A DNA stretch of 64,000 nucleotides from an uncultured Gemmatimonadaceae bacterium. GTDB taxonomy: Bacteria > Gemmatimonadota > Gemmatimonadetes > Gemmatimonadales > GWC2-71-9. The notes under the pieces are model-generated. The model saw nothing but the letters and a program-made list of their open reading frames with translations. It searched no databases and was not told the DNA's origin. The stretch covers positions 2,056 to 66,055 of the forward strand of contig CAYQXR010000006.1 in assembly GCA_964421625.1 (NCBI GenBank), written 5' to 3'. Both the position numbers and the translations under genes were made by a program. Below are positions 10,134 through 17,877 of the stretch, in pieces. Every line of letters starts with the position of its first letter. The stretch's first letter is position 1.

Positions 10134-10810
10134 CGCGGACTCGGCGTCTCCTGCTGGGGGCCGGCTTCCTGGCCCTTGCGGTCAGCGCCGTGGTGCTGGC
10201 CCGGCGCTACCTCCCGGAGGCCAGTTTCTTCCAGGTGCGGCGGGTAGAACTGGTCGGACTCAACTACCTGAGTGAGACCGAGGTGCTGCGCGCCCTCGAT
10301 CTGGAGCGCCCGCGCCCGATCACGGCACCGATGGACTCACTCGCTGCCGCCGCTCAGCGGCTGCCCGGCGTGGCCTCGGCGCAGGTGTTCCGCCGCCTGC
10401 CCGGTACCATCCGCATCGAGCTGTTGGAAGAGGAGCCGATCGCCCTGGCCACTGACGAGAACGGCCTGGTGCTGCTCGACCACCGGGGCCGCCCGCTGCC
10501 CTTCGACCCCACCCGCGGGCATGGGTCGCTGCCGATCGCCGACAGCGGCGCCTTTGTCGCCACCCTGCTGACCCGGGTCATGCTGGCCGATCCGCTCTGG
10601 TACGATGAGGTCGAAACCGTCCGTCGGGATGGCAACCATGTGGTGTTTACCGCGGGCCCTCACCGGGTCCGCCTGGACCCTGCAGCGGACCGCCAGACCC
10701 TCCGGAACATCGGGGCGGTTCGCGCCTATCTTTCCGAAGTGGGCACCTCCTGGCGCGAGATCGACGGGCGGTTCCGGGGGCGTGTGTTCGTGCGGAAGGA
10801 CAGTCTGTGA
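10130..10810 (+). CDS. ftsQ: Cell division protein FtsQ (single N-terminal TM, POTRA-like region)
   Basis: N-terminal TM LLLGAGFLALAVSAVVL followed by a FFQVRRVELVGLNYLSETEV POTRA-like start. Lies between murC and ftsA, with ATGA/GTGA overlaps. Confidence 0.75.
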   Translation: MTRTRRLLLGAGFLALAVSAVVLARRYLPEASFFQVRRVELVGLNYLSETEVLRALDLERPRPITAPMDSLAAAAQRLPGVASAQVFRRLPGTIRIELLEEEPIALATDENGLVLLDHRGRPLPFDPTRGHGSLPIADSGAFVATLLTRVMLADPLWYDEVETVRRDGNHVVFTAGPHRVRLDPAADRQTLRNIGAVRAYLSEVGTSWREIDGRFRGRVFVRKDSL

Positions 10811-12063
10811 CGGTAGCAGTACAGCGGCTGGTGGCGGTGCTCGATCTGGGGTCGTCCCGGGTCACCGCCCTCATCGGCGAGGTGACGGGTGAACCGGCGT
10901 CGTGGGGTCTGCGCATTCTGGGCGTCGGGGTCGAACGCTCCAACGGCGTGCGCCGGGGGGTCATCCGCGACTTCGAGGAGACTGTCCGCGCGGTGCAGAA
11001 GGCCATGCACGACGCCGAGCGGGTGGCTGGTGTCGAGGTCGGGACGGTCTACTGCGGTGTGGCCGGCGAACTGGTGGCGCAGCGGCAGACCAGTGGGGTC
11101 GTCTCGATTCCGGGCAGCGAGATCCGCACGGTCGACATTGCCCGGGTGATCGACGTGGCCAGCAAGGTCTCCTTCGGGAACGATCAGGAACTGCTCCATG
11201 CCATCCCCCAGGACTACCGCGTGGACGGCGTCTCGGGGTACGCCGACCCGATCGGCATGAGCGGCGAGCAGGTCGAGGCCGACATCTACCTGGTGACGGC
11301 CCGGTCCAGCGGCCTGGCCCATCAGCGCCGGGCCATCGAGAAGGCCGGCTGGCATGTCGGCGGGGTCGTCCTGGAGTCGCTGGCCGCCTCCATGGCCGTG
11401 CTGACGGCGGAGGAGCGCGAGATCGGCAGCGTCCTGCTGGAACTGGGGGGGGGCAGTACCACCCTGAGCATCTTCCACGGGGGTCGGCTCCGTTATACTG
11501 CATCACTGCGATTCGCGGGCAGCCACCTGACGTCGGACCTGGTGCATGGTTTGCAGGTCACGCAGGCCGAGGCCGAACGGATCAAGGAGCGGTGGGGGGC
11601 GGCGTTCGAGTCGCAGGTGCCGGAGAACGAGGTCATCGAACTGGGGGCCTCGGCGGGCCTGCCCGTGCGCCATGCGCCGCGGCGGCTGGTGGCCCACATC
11701 ATGGGCATGCGTCTCCAGGAGATGCTGGAGATGGCCAGCGACGAGGTGACCCGGGCCGGCTGGAGTATGGCGGGCCTGCCCGCTGGTGTCGTACTTTGCG
11801 GGGGTGGGGCGGCGATTCCCGGGGTGCTGGAACTGACCCGCGACACCTTCGCGTCGCCGGTTCGGATTGGAACGCCGTCGGATGGTCTCCGTGGCTTGGT
11901 GGACCGGGTGACGGGACCGGCCTGGGCGGTGCCCATCGGATTGGCGCTGTACGGGGCCCGTCAGATTGCCACCGGCAGCGGATTCGTGGCAGGGGGGCGG
12001 TCGGCGGCGACCGTGGAGCGGGTGCTGGGGCCGGTGCGGCGATGGTTGCAGGATTTCTTCTGA
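10807..12063 (+). CDS. ftsA: Cell division protein FtsA (actin-like ATPase)
   Basis: Actin-fold motifs (VLDLGSSRVTALIG, LELGGGSTTLSIF, GVVLCGGGAAIPG). Lies immediately upstream of ftsZ. Confidence 0.9.
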   Translation: MTVAVQRLVAVLDLGSSRVTALIGEVTGEPASWGLRILGVGVERSNGVRRGVIRDFEETVRAVQKAMHDAERVAGVEVGTVYCGVAGELVAQRQTSGVVSIPGSEIRTVDIARVIDVASKVSFGNDQELLHAIPQDYRVDGVSGYADPIGMSGEQVEADIYLVTARSSGLAHQRRAIEKAGWHVGGVVLESLAASMAVLTAEEREIGSVLLELGGGSTTLSIFHGGRLRYTASLRFAGSHLTSDLVHGLQVTQAEAERIKERWGAAFESQVPENEVIELGASAGLPVRHAPRRLVAHIMGMRLQEMLEMASDEVTRAGWSMAGLPAGVVLCGGGAAIPGVLELTRDTFASPVRIGTPSDGLRGLVDRVTGPAWAVPIGLALYGARQIATGSGFVAGGRSAATVERVLGPVRRWLQDFF

Positions 12064-12097
12064 TGGCGTGGGCGCAGCGCAGCCCGGGGGGCACGGG

Positions 12098-13300
12098 ATG
12101 ACGGACGGCATGGTATTCGAGCTCGAGGAGCTTCCCGCGCAGAACGCGCGGATGAAGGTGGTCGGCGTCGGCGGCGGCGGGGGCAATGCCGTCAACCGGA
12201 TGATCATGGAGGCCCTCACCGGGGTCCAGTTCATCTCGGTGAACACCGATGCCCAGGCGCTGGCCGGGTCCCGGTCGGACATCAAGGTCCAGATCGGTCA
12301 GAAGCTGACTCGGGGGCTCGGGGCCGGTGCCCGCCCCGAGATCGGGCGCCAGGCCATCGAAGAGAACCGCGACGAGGTGCAGCAGCACCTGCGGGATTCC
12401 GACCTGGTCTTCGTGACCTGCGGCATGGGGGGTGGCACCGGGACCGGCGCAGCCCCCATCATCGCCCAGATCGCCAAGGACCTCGGGGCCCTGACCGTCG
12501 GCATCGTGACGAAACCCTTTCTGTTCGAAGGCCGTAAGCGGATGAAGCAGGCCGAGATGGGGATCGCCGAGCTGCGGCGGAACGTCGATACCATCATCGT
12601 GGTCCCCAACGAGCGGCTCCTCGCCGTGGTGGGGAAGGGCATCCCCTTCCAGGATGCCCTCAAGAAGGCCGACGAGGTCCTGCTGAACGCGACGCGAGGC
12701 ATTGCCTCGCTGATTACGGCCACGGGGTTGATCAATGTGGACTTTGCCGATGTGCGGACGGTGATGCAGAATGGGGGCGCGGCGCTGATGGGAACCGGTT
12801 TTGCCACCGGGGAAAATCGTGCGCTCGAAGCCGCCCAGCAGGCCATCGCCTCGCCGCTGCTCGACAATGTCTCCATCAACGGCGCCTCGGGCGTGCTGAT
12901 CAACATCGTCGGCGGCGACGACGTCACGCTCGGCGAGGTGACCCAGATCAGCGAAATCATCCACGATGCCGCGGGCGAAGAGGCCCAGATCATCTTCGGC
13001 TCGGCCCGGGATCAGCGGATGCAGGGCGAAATCGGCGTCACCGTCATCGCGACCGGATTCGACCGCGAAATCACCCAGACGCCCTCGACCGACCGCGCGC
13101 CAACCGGGCAGGTGCTGCCGTTCGCAGCCCGTCGGCCGACGTCCCCGACGCCGTCAGTCGCGGCCCCAGCTCCAGCACCGAGCGCGCCGGTGGTCAATAC
13201 GCCGCCGCCCTTTGTGCGGCCGGTGCCCTCCACCCGCCCGGTTGCGCCCGATGTGACCGACATGGAGATCCCCACCTTCATCCGTCGGCAAATGGATTGA
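12098..13300 (+). CDS. ftsZ: Cell division GTPase FtsZ
   Basis: Tubulin signature GGGTGTGAAP and N-terminal KVVGVGGGGGNAVNRM. A Pro/Ala/Ser-rich linker precedes the conserved C-terminal peptide DMEIPTFIRRQMD. ATG 12098 is chosen; the 44-codon upstream extension overlaps ftsA and is not FtsZ-like. Confidence 0.95.
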   Translation: MTDGMVFELEELPAQNARMKVVGVGGGGGNAVNRMIMEALTGVQFISVNTDAQALAGSRSDIKVQIGQKLTRGLGAGARPEIGRQAIEENRDEVQQHLRDSDLVFVTCGMGGGTGTGAAPIIAQIAKDLGALTVGIVTKPFLFEGRKRMKQAEMGIAELRRNVDTIIVVPNERLLAVVGKGIPFQDALKKADEVLLNATRGIASLITATGLINVDFADVRTVMQNGGAALMGTGFATGENRALEAAQQAIASPLLDNVSINGASGVLINIVGGDDVTLGEVTQISEIIHDAAGEEAQIIFGSARDQRMQGEIGVTVIATGFDREITQTPSTDRAPTGQVLPFAARRPTSPTPSVAAPAPAPSAPVVNTPPPFVRPVPSTRPVAPDVTDMEIPTFIRRQMD

Positions 13301-13305
13301 GAGTC

Positions 13306-14565
13306 ATGACGCTGCCTTCCCTCCGGACGCTGGTCGGTCTGGGCGTCATCGGCGCCGCGGCCTGGTTCACGCTGAGCGACGAGTGGCCGTTCCGCCGTCT
13401 CGACAGTGTCGCCACCACCCGACCGATCGTGGTGACCTTCCCCTTCCATGTCGTCACCGACACGCTGCATCCGGGGGAGAACCTCGCCACGGTGCTCGGG
13501 CGGCAGGGTGTCACCGGGCTCAACCTGCAGACCCTGGCGGCTGCCCTCTCGTTCGACCCGCGGAAGATCCGCTCCGGGCTGGTGTTCTCGGTTCACCGCG
13601 ACGGCATCACCGACGAGGCCACCCAGATCGAGTTCCGGCCCAGTCCGGAGCAGCGGCTCCAGTTCATTCGCACCTCCACCGGCTGGACCGGTCGAGCGGT
13701 CCCGATCCAGTGGCGGGTTGACACCGCCCGGATTGCCGCGGGGATCACATCCTCGCTGTACGAAGCCTTCGATCGCGAGACCAGCGACGCCAAGCTCGAC
13801 CGGATCGAGCGGCTGAAACTGGTCAATGCGCTCGCCGAGATTCATGAGTGGTCGATCGACTTCTCGCGCGACATCCAGACCGGCGACCAGTTCGCGGCGG
13901 TCTACGAGCGGCTGATTTCGGAAGAGGGTGACGTCCGGTTGTCCCGGGTCCTGGCCAGTTCCCTCACGAACAACGGCAAGGAATTCACCGCGTTCCATCA
14001 CGTCAGCCCCGAGGGGCGGGACGTCTACTACGATACGGATGGTCGGGCCCTCCGGCGCGCCTTCCTGATGGCACCGCTGGAGTTCAAGGCCGTGGTGACC
14101 AGCAACTTCTCGTCGGCGCGTTTCCACCCGATTCTGGGTCGCATGCGCAAGCACGAGGGCACCGACTACGCGGCGCCGCGGGGTACCCGCGTCCGGGCGA
14201 CCGCCGACGGTGTGGTCACCTTCGCCGGCACGCAGGGCGGCTATGGCCGCATGGTCGAGATTCGTCACCGGAACGGGATCACCACCCGCTATGCCCACCT
14301 CAACAGCATCAGCATCCGGGCCGGTGCGCGGGTGAGCCAGAACGAGGGAATCGGCACGGTGGGGGCCACGGGCCTCGCCACCGCACCGCATCTGCACTAC
14401 GAGTTCCGCGTGAACGGAGTCGCCAAGGATCCGCGATCCATCCGGACCGAGAGCGGTGAACCACTGCGCGGCACCGAACTGTCGAGTTTCCAGGCCTCCC
14501 GGAATATGCTGCGGGGCCTCCTCTACCGCCCCGGAGCGGCGCCGACTACGTCTCTGGCCGACTAG
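13306..14565 (+). CDS. M23 family metallopeptidase (LytM domain with intact catalytic motifs), N-terminal membrane anchor
   Basis: HxxxD (HEGTDYAAPRG) and HxH (APHLHYEF) motifs are intact, and the N-terminal segment is hydrophobic. ATG 13306 is preferred over TTG 13297, which overlaps the ftsZ stop. Confidence 0.85.
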   Translation: MTLPSLRTLVGLGVIGAAAWFTLSDEWPFRRLDSVATTRPIVVTFPFHVVTDTLHPGENLATVLGRQGVTGLNLQTLAAALSFDPRKIRSGLVFSVHRDGITDEATQIEFRPSPEQRLQFIRTSTGWTGRAVPIQWRVDTARIAAGITSSLYEAFDRETSDAKLDRIERLKLVNALAEIHEWSIDFSRDIQTGDQFAAVYERLISEEGDVRLSRVLASSLTNNGKEFTAFHHVSPEGRDVYYDTDGRALRRAFLMAPLEFKAVVTSNFSSARFHPILGRMRKHEGTDYAAPRGTRVRATADGVVTFAGTQGGYGRMVEIRHRNGITTRYAHLNSISIRAGARVSQNEGIGTVGATGLATAPHLHYEFRVNGVAKDPRSIRTESGEPLRGTELSSFQASRNMLRGLLYRPGAAPTTSLAD

Positions 14566-14571
14566 GCCGCC

Positions 14572-16335
14572 ATGCTGCTGGCGATTCTCGCCGGTGCATG
14601 TCTGGCCGTCCTGACCTATCGCGGCCGCCGACGGGAACCTCTGTCCCGCTGGGCGGCCGTCGCGCGTGCGGTGGCCGCAGCGGCGGTGCTGCTGCTGCTC
14701 TTCGATACCGGCCGCCCCGGCGCGGTCGGCGGGCGTCCGCTGGTGCTGGTCGACCACTCTCTCTCCATGGACGCCACGGGCGGTCAGGCCGCGGAGGCGG
14801 GCCGCATCGCGGCATCGCTGGGCGACACTGTCCCGTTCGGGCGGCTGGGCGACTCGCTGCCGTCCGGTCGCTCGGACTTGCTGGCACCGCTCGAAGCGGC
14901 CGTGGGCACCGGACGACCGGTGGTGGTCGTCACGGATGGCGAAATCGCCGATCGCGACCGCCTGTCGCCCGCGCTGCTGGCCGGGGTAGCGGTCCGGACC
15001 CTGCAGCGCACCCCGCACTCCGATGTCACCATTCGACAGGTCCAGGCGCCGGTGCGGCTGACGGTCGGCGATACCCTCCGACTCGCGCTGGAACTGCACC
15101 GGCAGGTGGTAGAGATCCCGATCGACAGTGCTGTGGTCGAGGTGACCGACAGCGGCGTTGTGCTGTCCCGCAGTGTAGTCCGTTTCGAGGGGATGGATCG
15201 CGCGCGCCTGACGCTTGACGTCCCGTGGCCGGCTGAACGGACGGGAGCGCGCTGGCTCGACCTCCGGGTCACGGCACCCGGTGACGGCGTGCCCGACAAC
15301 GATGTGCGCTGGTGGCCGTTGACGGTGAGTGAGACGCCGGGCATCGTGGTGGTCGTGACCCGGCCCGACTGGGATGGTCGGGCGCTCTACCAGGCACTTC
15401 AACGCACCAGCGCCTCACCCGTCACGGGGTTCATTGAGCTGCAGCGCGACCGCTGGTTCCGGATGGACGACCTGCGGCGCGTGCCGACGGCACAGGTGCA
15501 GCGCGCCGCCCGCGCCGCCGATCTGCTGGCGGTGCGCGGCGACCCCGCGCCCTGGGCCGGAGCGGGCCGGAGTCGGCTGCTGTGGGCCCCGGCCACCGAT
15601 GCAGGTGACTGGTTCGTGCAGCCAGGCGATGGGGTGCATCCGCTGACCCGGGCGTGGCGCGATCTGGATCCGGACTCCCTGGGCTCCCTGCCGACCATCC
15701 GCCCGATTGCCACCGGTCCCGGCAGTTGGGTCGGCCTCACCGTGCGCCGGGCTCGTCGCGGCGCGGTGATCCCGGTGTGGGCTGGTCGGGTGGATCAGTC
15801 CGGTCGGCAGGTCGAGATTGGTCTCGACGGGCTGCATCGCTGGCAGCAGCTCGGCGGACTCAGCGCGCAAGGCTGGCAGTCGCTTCTGGCTGCGTCAGCG
15901 GACTGGCTGCTGGGCTCACCGCCCGGCGACAGTGCGCGCGCTGTGCCGGTGGTCGCCGTGGCAGCGCAGGGCAGTCCGCTGCGGTTCCGCTGGATCGCGC
16001 CGGGGATCCCCCAGTCGCTCCCCGTTACGCTGACTGACACCACCGGCCGCGAGCGCCTGGATACCCTGCGCTTCGACGGCGAGGGATCCGCCACGCTGGC
16101 GCTGCCTGTGGGGCGCTATCACTACCAGTTGACCGATGGCGGAACTGGTCGCGTCGGGGTGGAGCCGTGGAGTGCCGAACAGATGCCGGGTGAGATCACA
16201 CTCACATCACAGTCACCGGGGCGCGGCGCGGGTGGGGCACGGCGGTCCTGGCGCGGCACGAGTACCTTGTTCGTCGTGGCCGGTTTAGCCTTGGCCATTG
16301 AATGGATCCTGCGACGGCGAATGCGCCTGGCGTAG
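14572..16335 (+). CDS. Hypothetical membrane protein with N- and C-terminal TM segments and a vWA-like DxSxS motif
   Basis: 587-aa ORF with two N-terminal hydrophobic segments, LVLVDHSLSMD (MIDAS-like DxSxS), and a C-terminal TM (LFVVAGLALAIEWIL) followed by RRRMR. I cannot name a confident family. Confidence 0.6.
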   Translation: MLLAILAGACLAVLTYRGRRREPLSRWAAVARAVAAAAVLLLLFDTGRPGAVGGRPLVLVDHSLSMDATGGQAAEAGRIAASLGDTVPFGRLGDSLPSGRSDLLAPLEAAVGTGRPVVVVTDGEIADRDRLSPALLAGVAVRTLQRTPHSDVTIRQVQAPVRLTVGDTLRLALELHRQVVEIPIDSAVVEVTDSGVVLSRSVVRFEGMDRARLTLDVPWPAERTGARWLDLRVTAPGDGVPDNDVRWWPLTVSETPGIVVVVTRPDWDGRALYQALQRTSASPVTGFIELQRDRWFRMDDLRRVPTAQVQRAARAADLLAVRGDPAPWAGAGRSRLLWAPATDAGDWFVQPGDGVHPLTRAWRDLDPDSLGSLPTIRPIATGPGSWVGLTVRRARRGAVIPVWAGRVDQSGRQVEIGLDGLHRWQQLGGLSAQGWQSLLAASADWLLGSPPGDSARAVPVVAVAAQGSPLRFRWIAPGIPQSLPVTLTDTTGRERLDTLRFDGEGSATLALPVGRYHYQLTDGGTGRVGVEPWSAEQMPGEITLTSQSPGRGAGGARRSWRGTSTLFVVAGLALAIEWILRRRMRLA

Positions 16336-16383
16336 GACGGCTGATGCGCGGGGCCAGGGCTGCCCCGGCTCCAGGGAGGTGTG

Positions 16384-17298
16384 ATGGCGTTGTTCGGTCG
16401 GGAGAAGCAGGGGTTGTGGCAGCGGGTCAAGCGACTGGCGTTGACCGACGTCGGTGCGCTGGTGCGCGGCCTCAAGGGCGACGAAATCGAAGCCCTGGAA
16501 CAAGTGCTGCTGGAAGCCGATCTGGGAGTTCCGGCGACCATGGATCTGGTGGCCCTGCTCGAGGAACAGGTCCGGAAGGGCACGCTCAAGACCGAGGACG
16601 ACCTCCACCGTGCGCTGCACCAGCGCATCGAAGCGATGCTGGTCACCCCCTTCGCGGCCGATGCGTTTCAGGTACCGCCCAGCGGCCCCCTGGTGGTCCT
16701 GATGGTCGGCGTCAACGGCGTTGGCAAGACCACCAGCGTCGCCAAGCTGGCCCGGCGCCTCACCCGGCAGGGCCGGTCGGTGCTGCTGGCGGCTGCCGAC
16801 ACCTGGCGCGCTGGAGCGGTGGCCCAACTCGAGGTCTGGGCTGAGCGGTTGGGGATTCCCTGCGTCTCGGGTGTCCAGGGCGGCGATCCAGCAGCGGTGG
16901 CCTTCGATGCCGTCGAAGCAGGCATTGCCCGTGGAGTCGACATTGTCCTGATCGATACCGCCGGTCGTCTGCACACCCAGGACGACCTCATGGCCGAACT
17001 GGCCAAGGTGGTGCGGGTGGTCGGGCGTCGACTGCCAGGCGCGCCCCATGAGGTGCTGCTGGTGCTCGACGGGACCGTCGGGCAGAACGCCGTGCGGCAG
17101 GGGCAGCAGTTCCGGCAGGTGGTCTCACCCACCGGGCTCATCGTCACCAAGCTGGATGGCAGCGCGCGCGGTGGTGCGGTCGTGGCGCTCCGCCGGGAAC
17201 TCGATATTCCGATCCGATACATCGGGCTGGGTGAGGGCGAGGGGGACTTGGAACCCTTCGACGCCGCCCGGATGGCGACCCTCATCCTGGAAGGGTGA
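16384..17298 (+). CDS. ftsY: Signal recognition particle receptor FtsY
   Basis: SRP GTPase motifs GVNGVGKTTSVAKLA, DTAGRLH and TKLDGSARGG. GGAGG lies upstream of ATG 16384; GTG 16381 is an alternative start. Confidence 0.93.
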   Translation: MALFGREKQGLWQRVKRLALTDVGALVRGLKGDEIEALEQVLLEADLGVPATMDLVALLEEQVRKGTLKTEDDLHRALHQRIEAMLVTPFAADAFQVPPSGPLVVLMVGVNGVGKTTSVAKLARRLTRQGRSVLLAAADTWRAGAVAQLEVWAERLGIPCVSGVQGGDPAAVAFDAVEAGIARGVDIVLIDTAGRLHTQDDLMAELAKVVRVVGRRLPGAPHEVLLVLDGTVGQNAVRQGQQFRQVVSPTGLIVTKLDGSARGGAVVALRRELDIPIRYIGLGEGEGDLEPFDAARMATLILEG

Positions 17299-17316
17299 GG
17301 GCCGCCGGGACTGCTG

Positions 17317-17766
17317 TCAGATCGGCGTGCAGGGCTCCGGTGCCGGATCCCCGGTGCACGCGGGCGGCTTGTCGACGGCGAAGCTGTTCGAGGACACGGA
17401 GGTGCGAGCCTCACCCTGCCGCAGCACCGTGGTCACCCGGAACGAACCAGTGGGTGTGTTCTCGGGGATGTTGAAGAAGAAGGTCGCCGTCTCTCCCGGC
17501 GAAATCGCCACGAAATTGCACACGCTGCTGCTGTTCCACAGCGAGACCCAACTGTCGCCGTCGCGCCGGTCGAGTGGGTTGCCGCAGTCGATCTGCCGCA
17601 TTTCGGCGACGGTGCTGCCGGTGTTGGTCACGTCGACCGTGCCGTACCAGCCCGTGTAGTAGGTGCCGGTGGCGACGCTGAGGGAGAGGGGTGGGGTCTT
17701 GGGCTGGACCGGGTCGTCGCTGCAGGCGACGGCGCCGAGGGCAAGAAGGGCCAGGAGGGAACGCAT
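17317..17766 (-). CDS. Small putative lipoprotein (149 aa), unknown function
   Basis: Signal peptide with lipobox MRSLLALLALGAVAC, followed by a beta-rich Cys-containing domain. Only the last 150 codons of the 1002-aa minus-strand ORF look real; the rest is antisense to recG. Confidence 0.6.
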   Translation of the reverse strand: MRSLLALLALGAVACSDDPVQPKTPPLSLSVATGTYYTGWYGTVDVTNTGSTVAEMRQIDCGNPLDRRDGDSWVSLWNSSSVCNFVAISPGETATFFFNIPENTPTGSFRVTTVLRQGEARTSVSSNSFAVDKPPACTGDPAPEPCTPI

Positions 17767-17838
17767 CGGGGGCTCCGCAGCAGAGGGTGGGAAGGACGCT
17801 GGATAGTACCAGCTTGGGGGGACCAGCATCAAGAGGGG

Positions 17839-17848
17839 CCCCCCCCCC
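17839..17848. repeat. Homopolymeric C10 (G10 on the minus strand) tract in a divergent intergenic region
   Basis: Read directly: ...aagagggg cccccccccc gg... It lies 30 nt upstream of the recG GTG and ~73-82 nt upstream of the minus-strand lipoprotein ATG. Confidence 0.9.
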
Positions 17849-17877
17849 GGCTCCGCCAGGATGCCCCGACCCCCACC

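Noticed and set aside
11445-11453. G9 homopolymer inside ftsA
   Set aside because: It encodes the conserved LGGG phosphate-binding loop of an essential gene. Phase variation is implausible here. It is only noted as a sequencing-error hotspot.
10902-12101. 399-aa alternate-frame ORF inside ftsA, one of many similar 60-250-aa ORFs in the track
   Set aside because: It has Gly/Arg/Pro-rich composition and lies inside confidently assigned genes. These are expected by chance in stop-codon-poor GC-rich DNA.
13012-15402. 796-aa minus-strand ORF
   Set aside because: It is antisense to the M23 peptidase and the following membrane protein. It has shadow-ORF composition and no recognisable domain.
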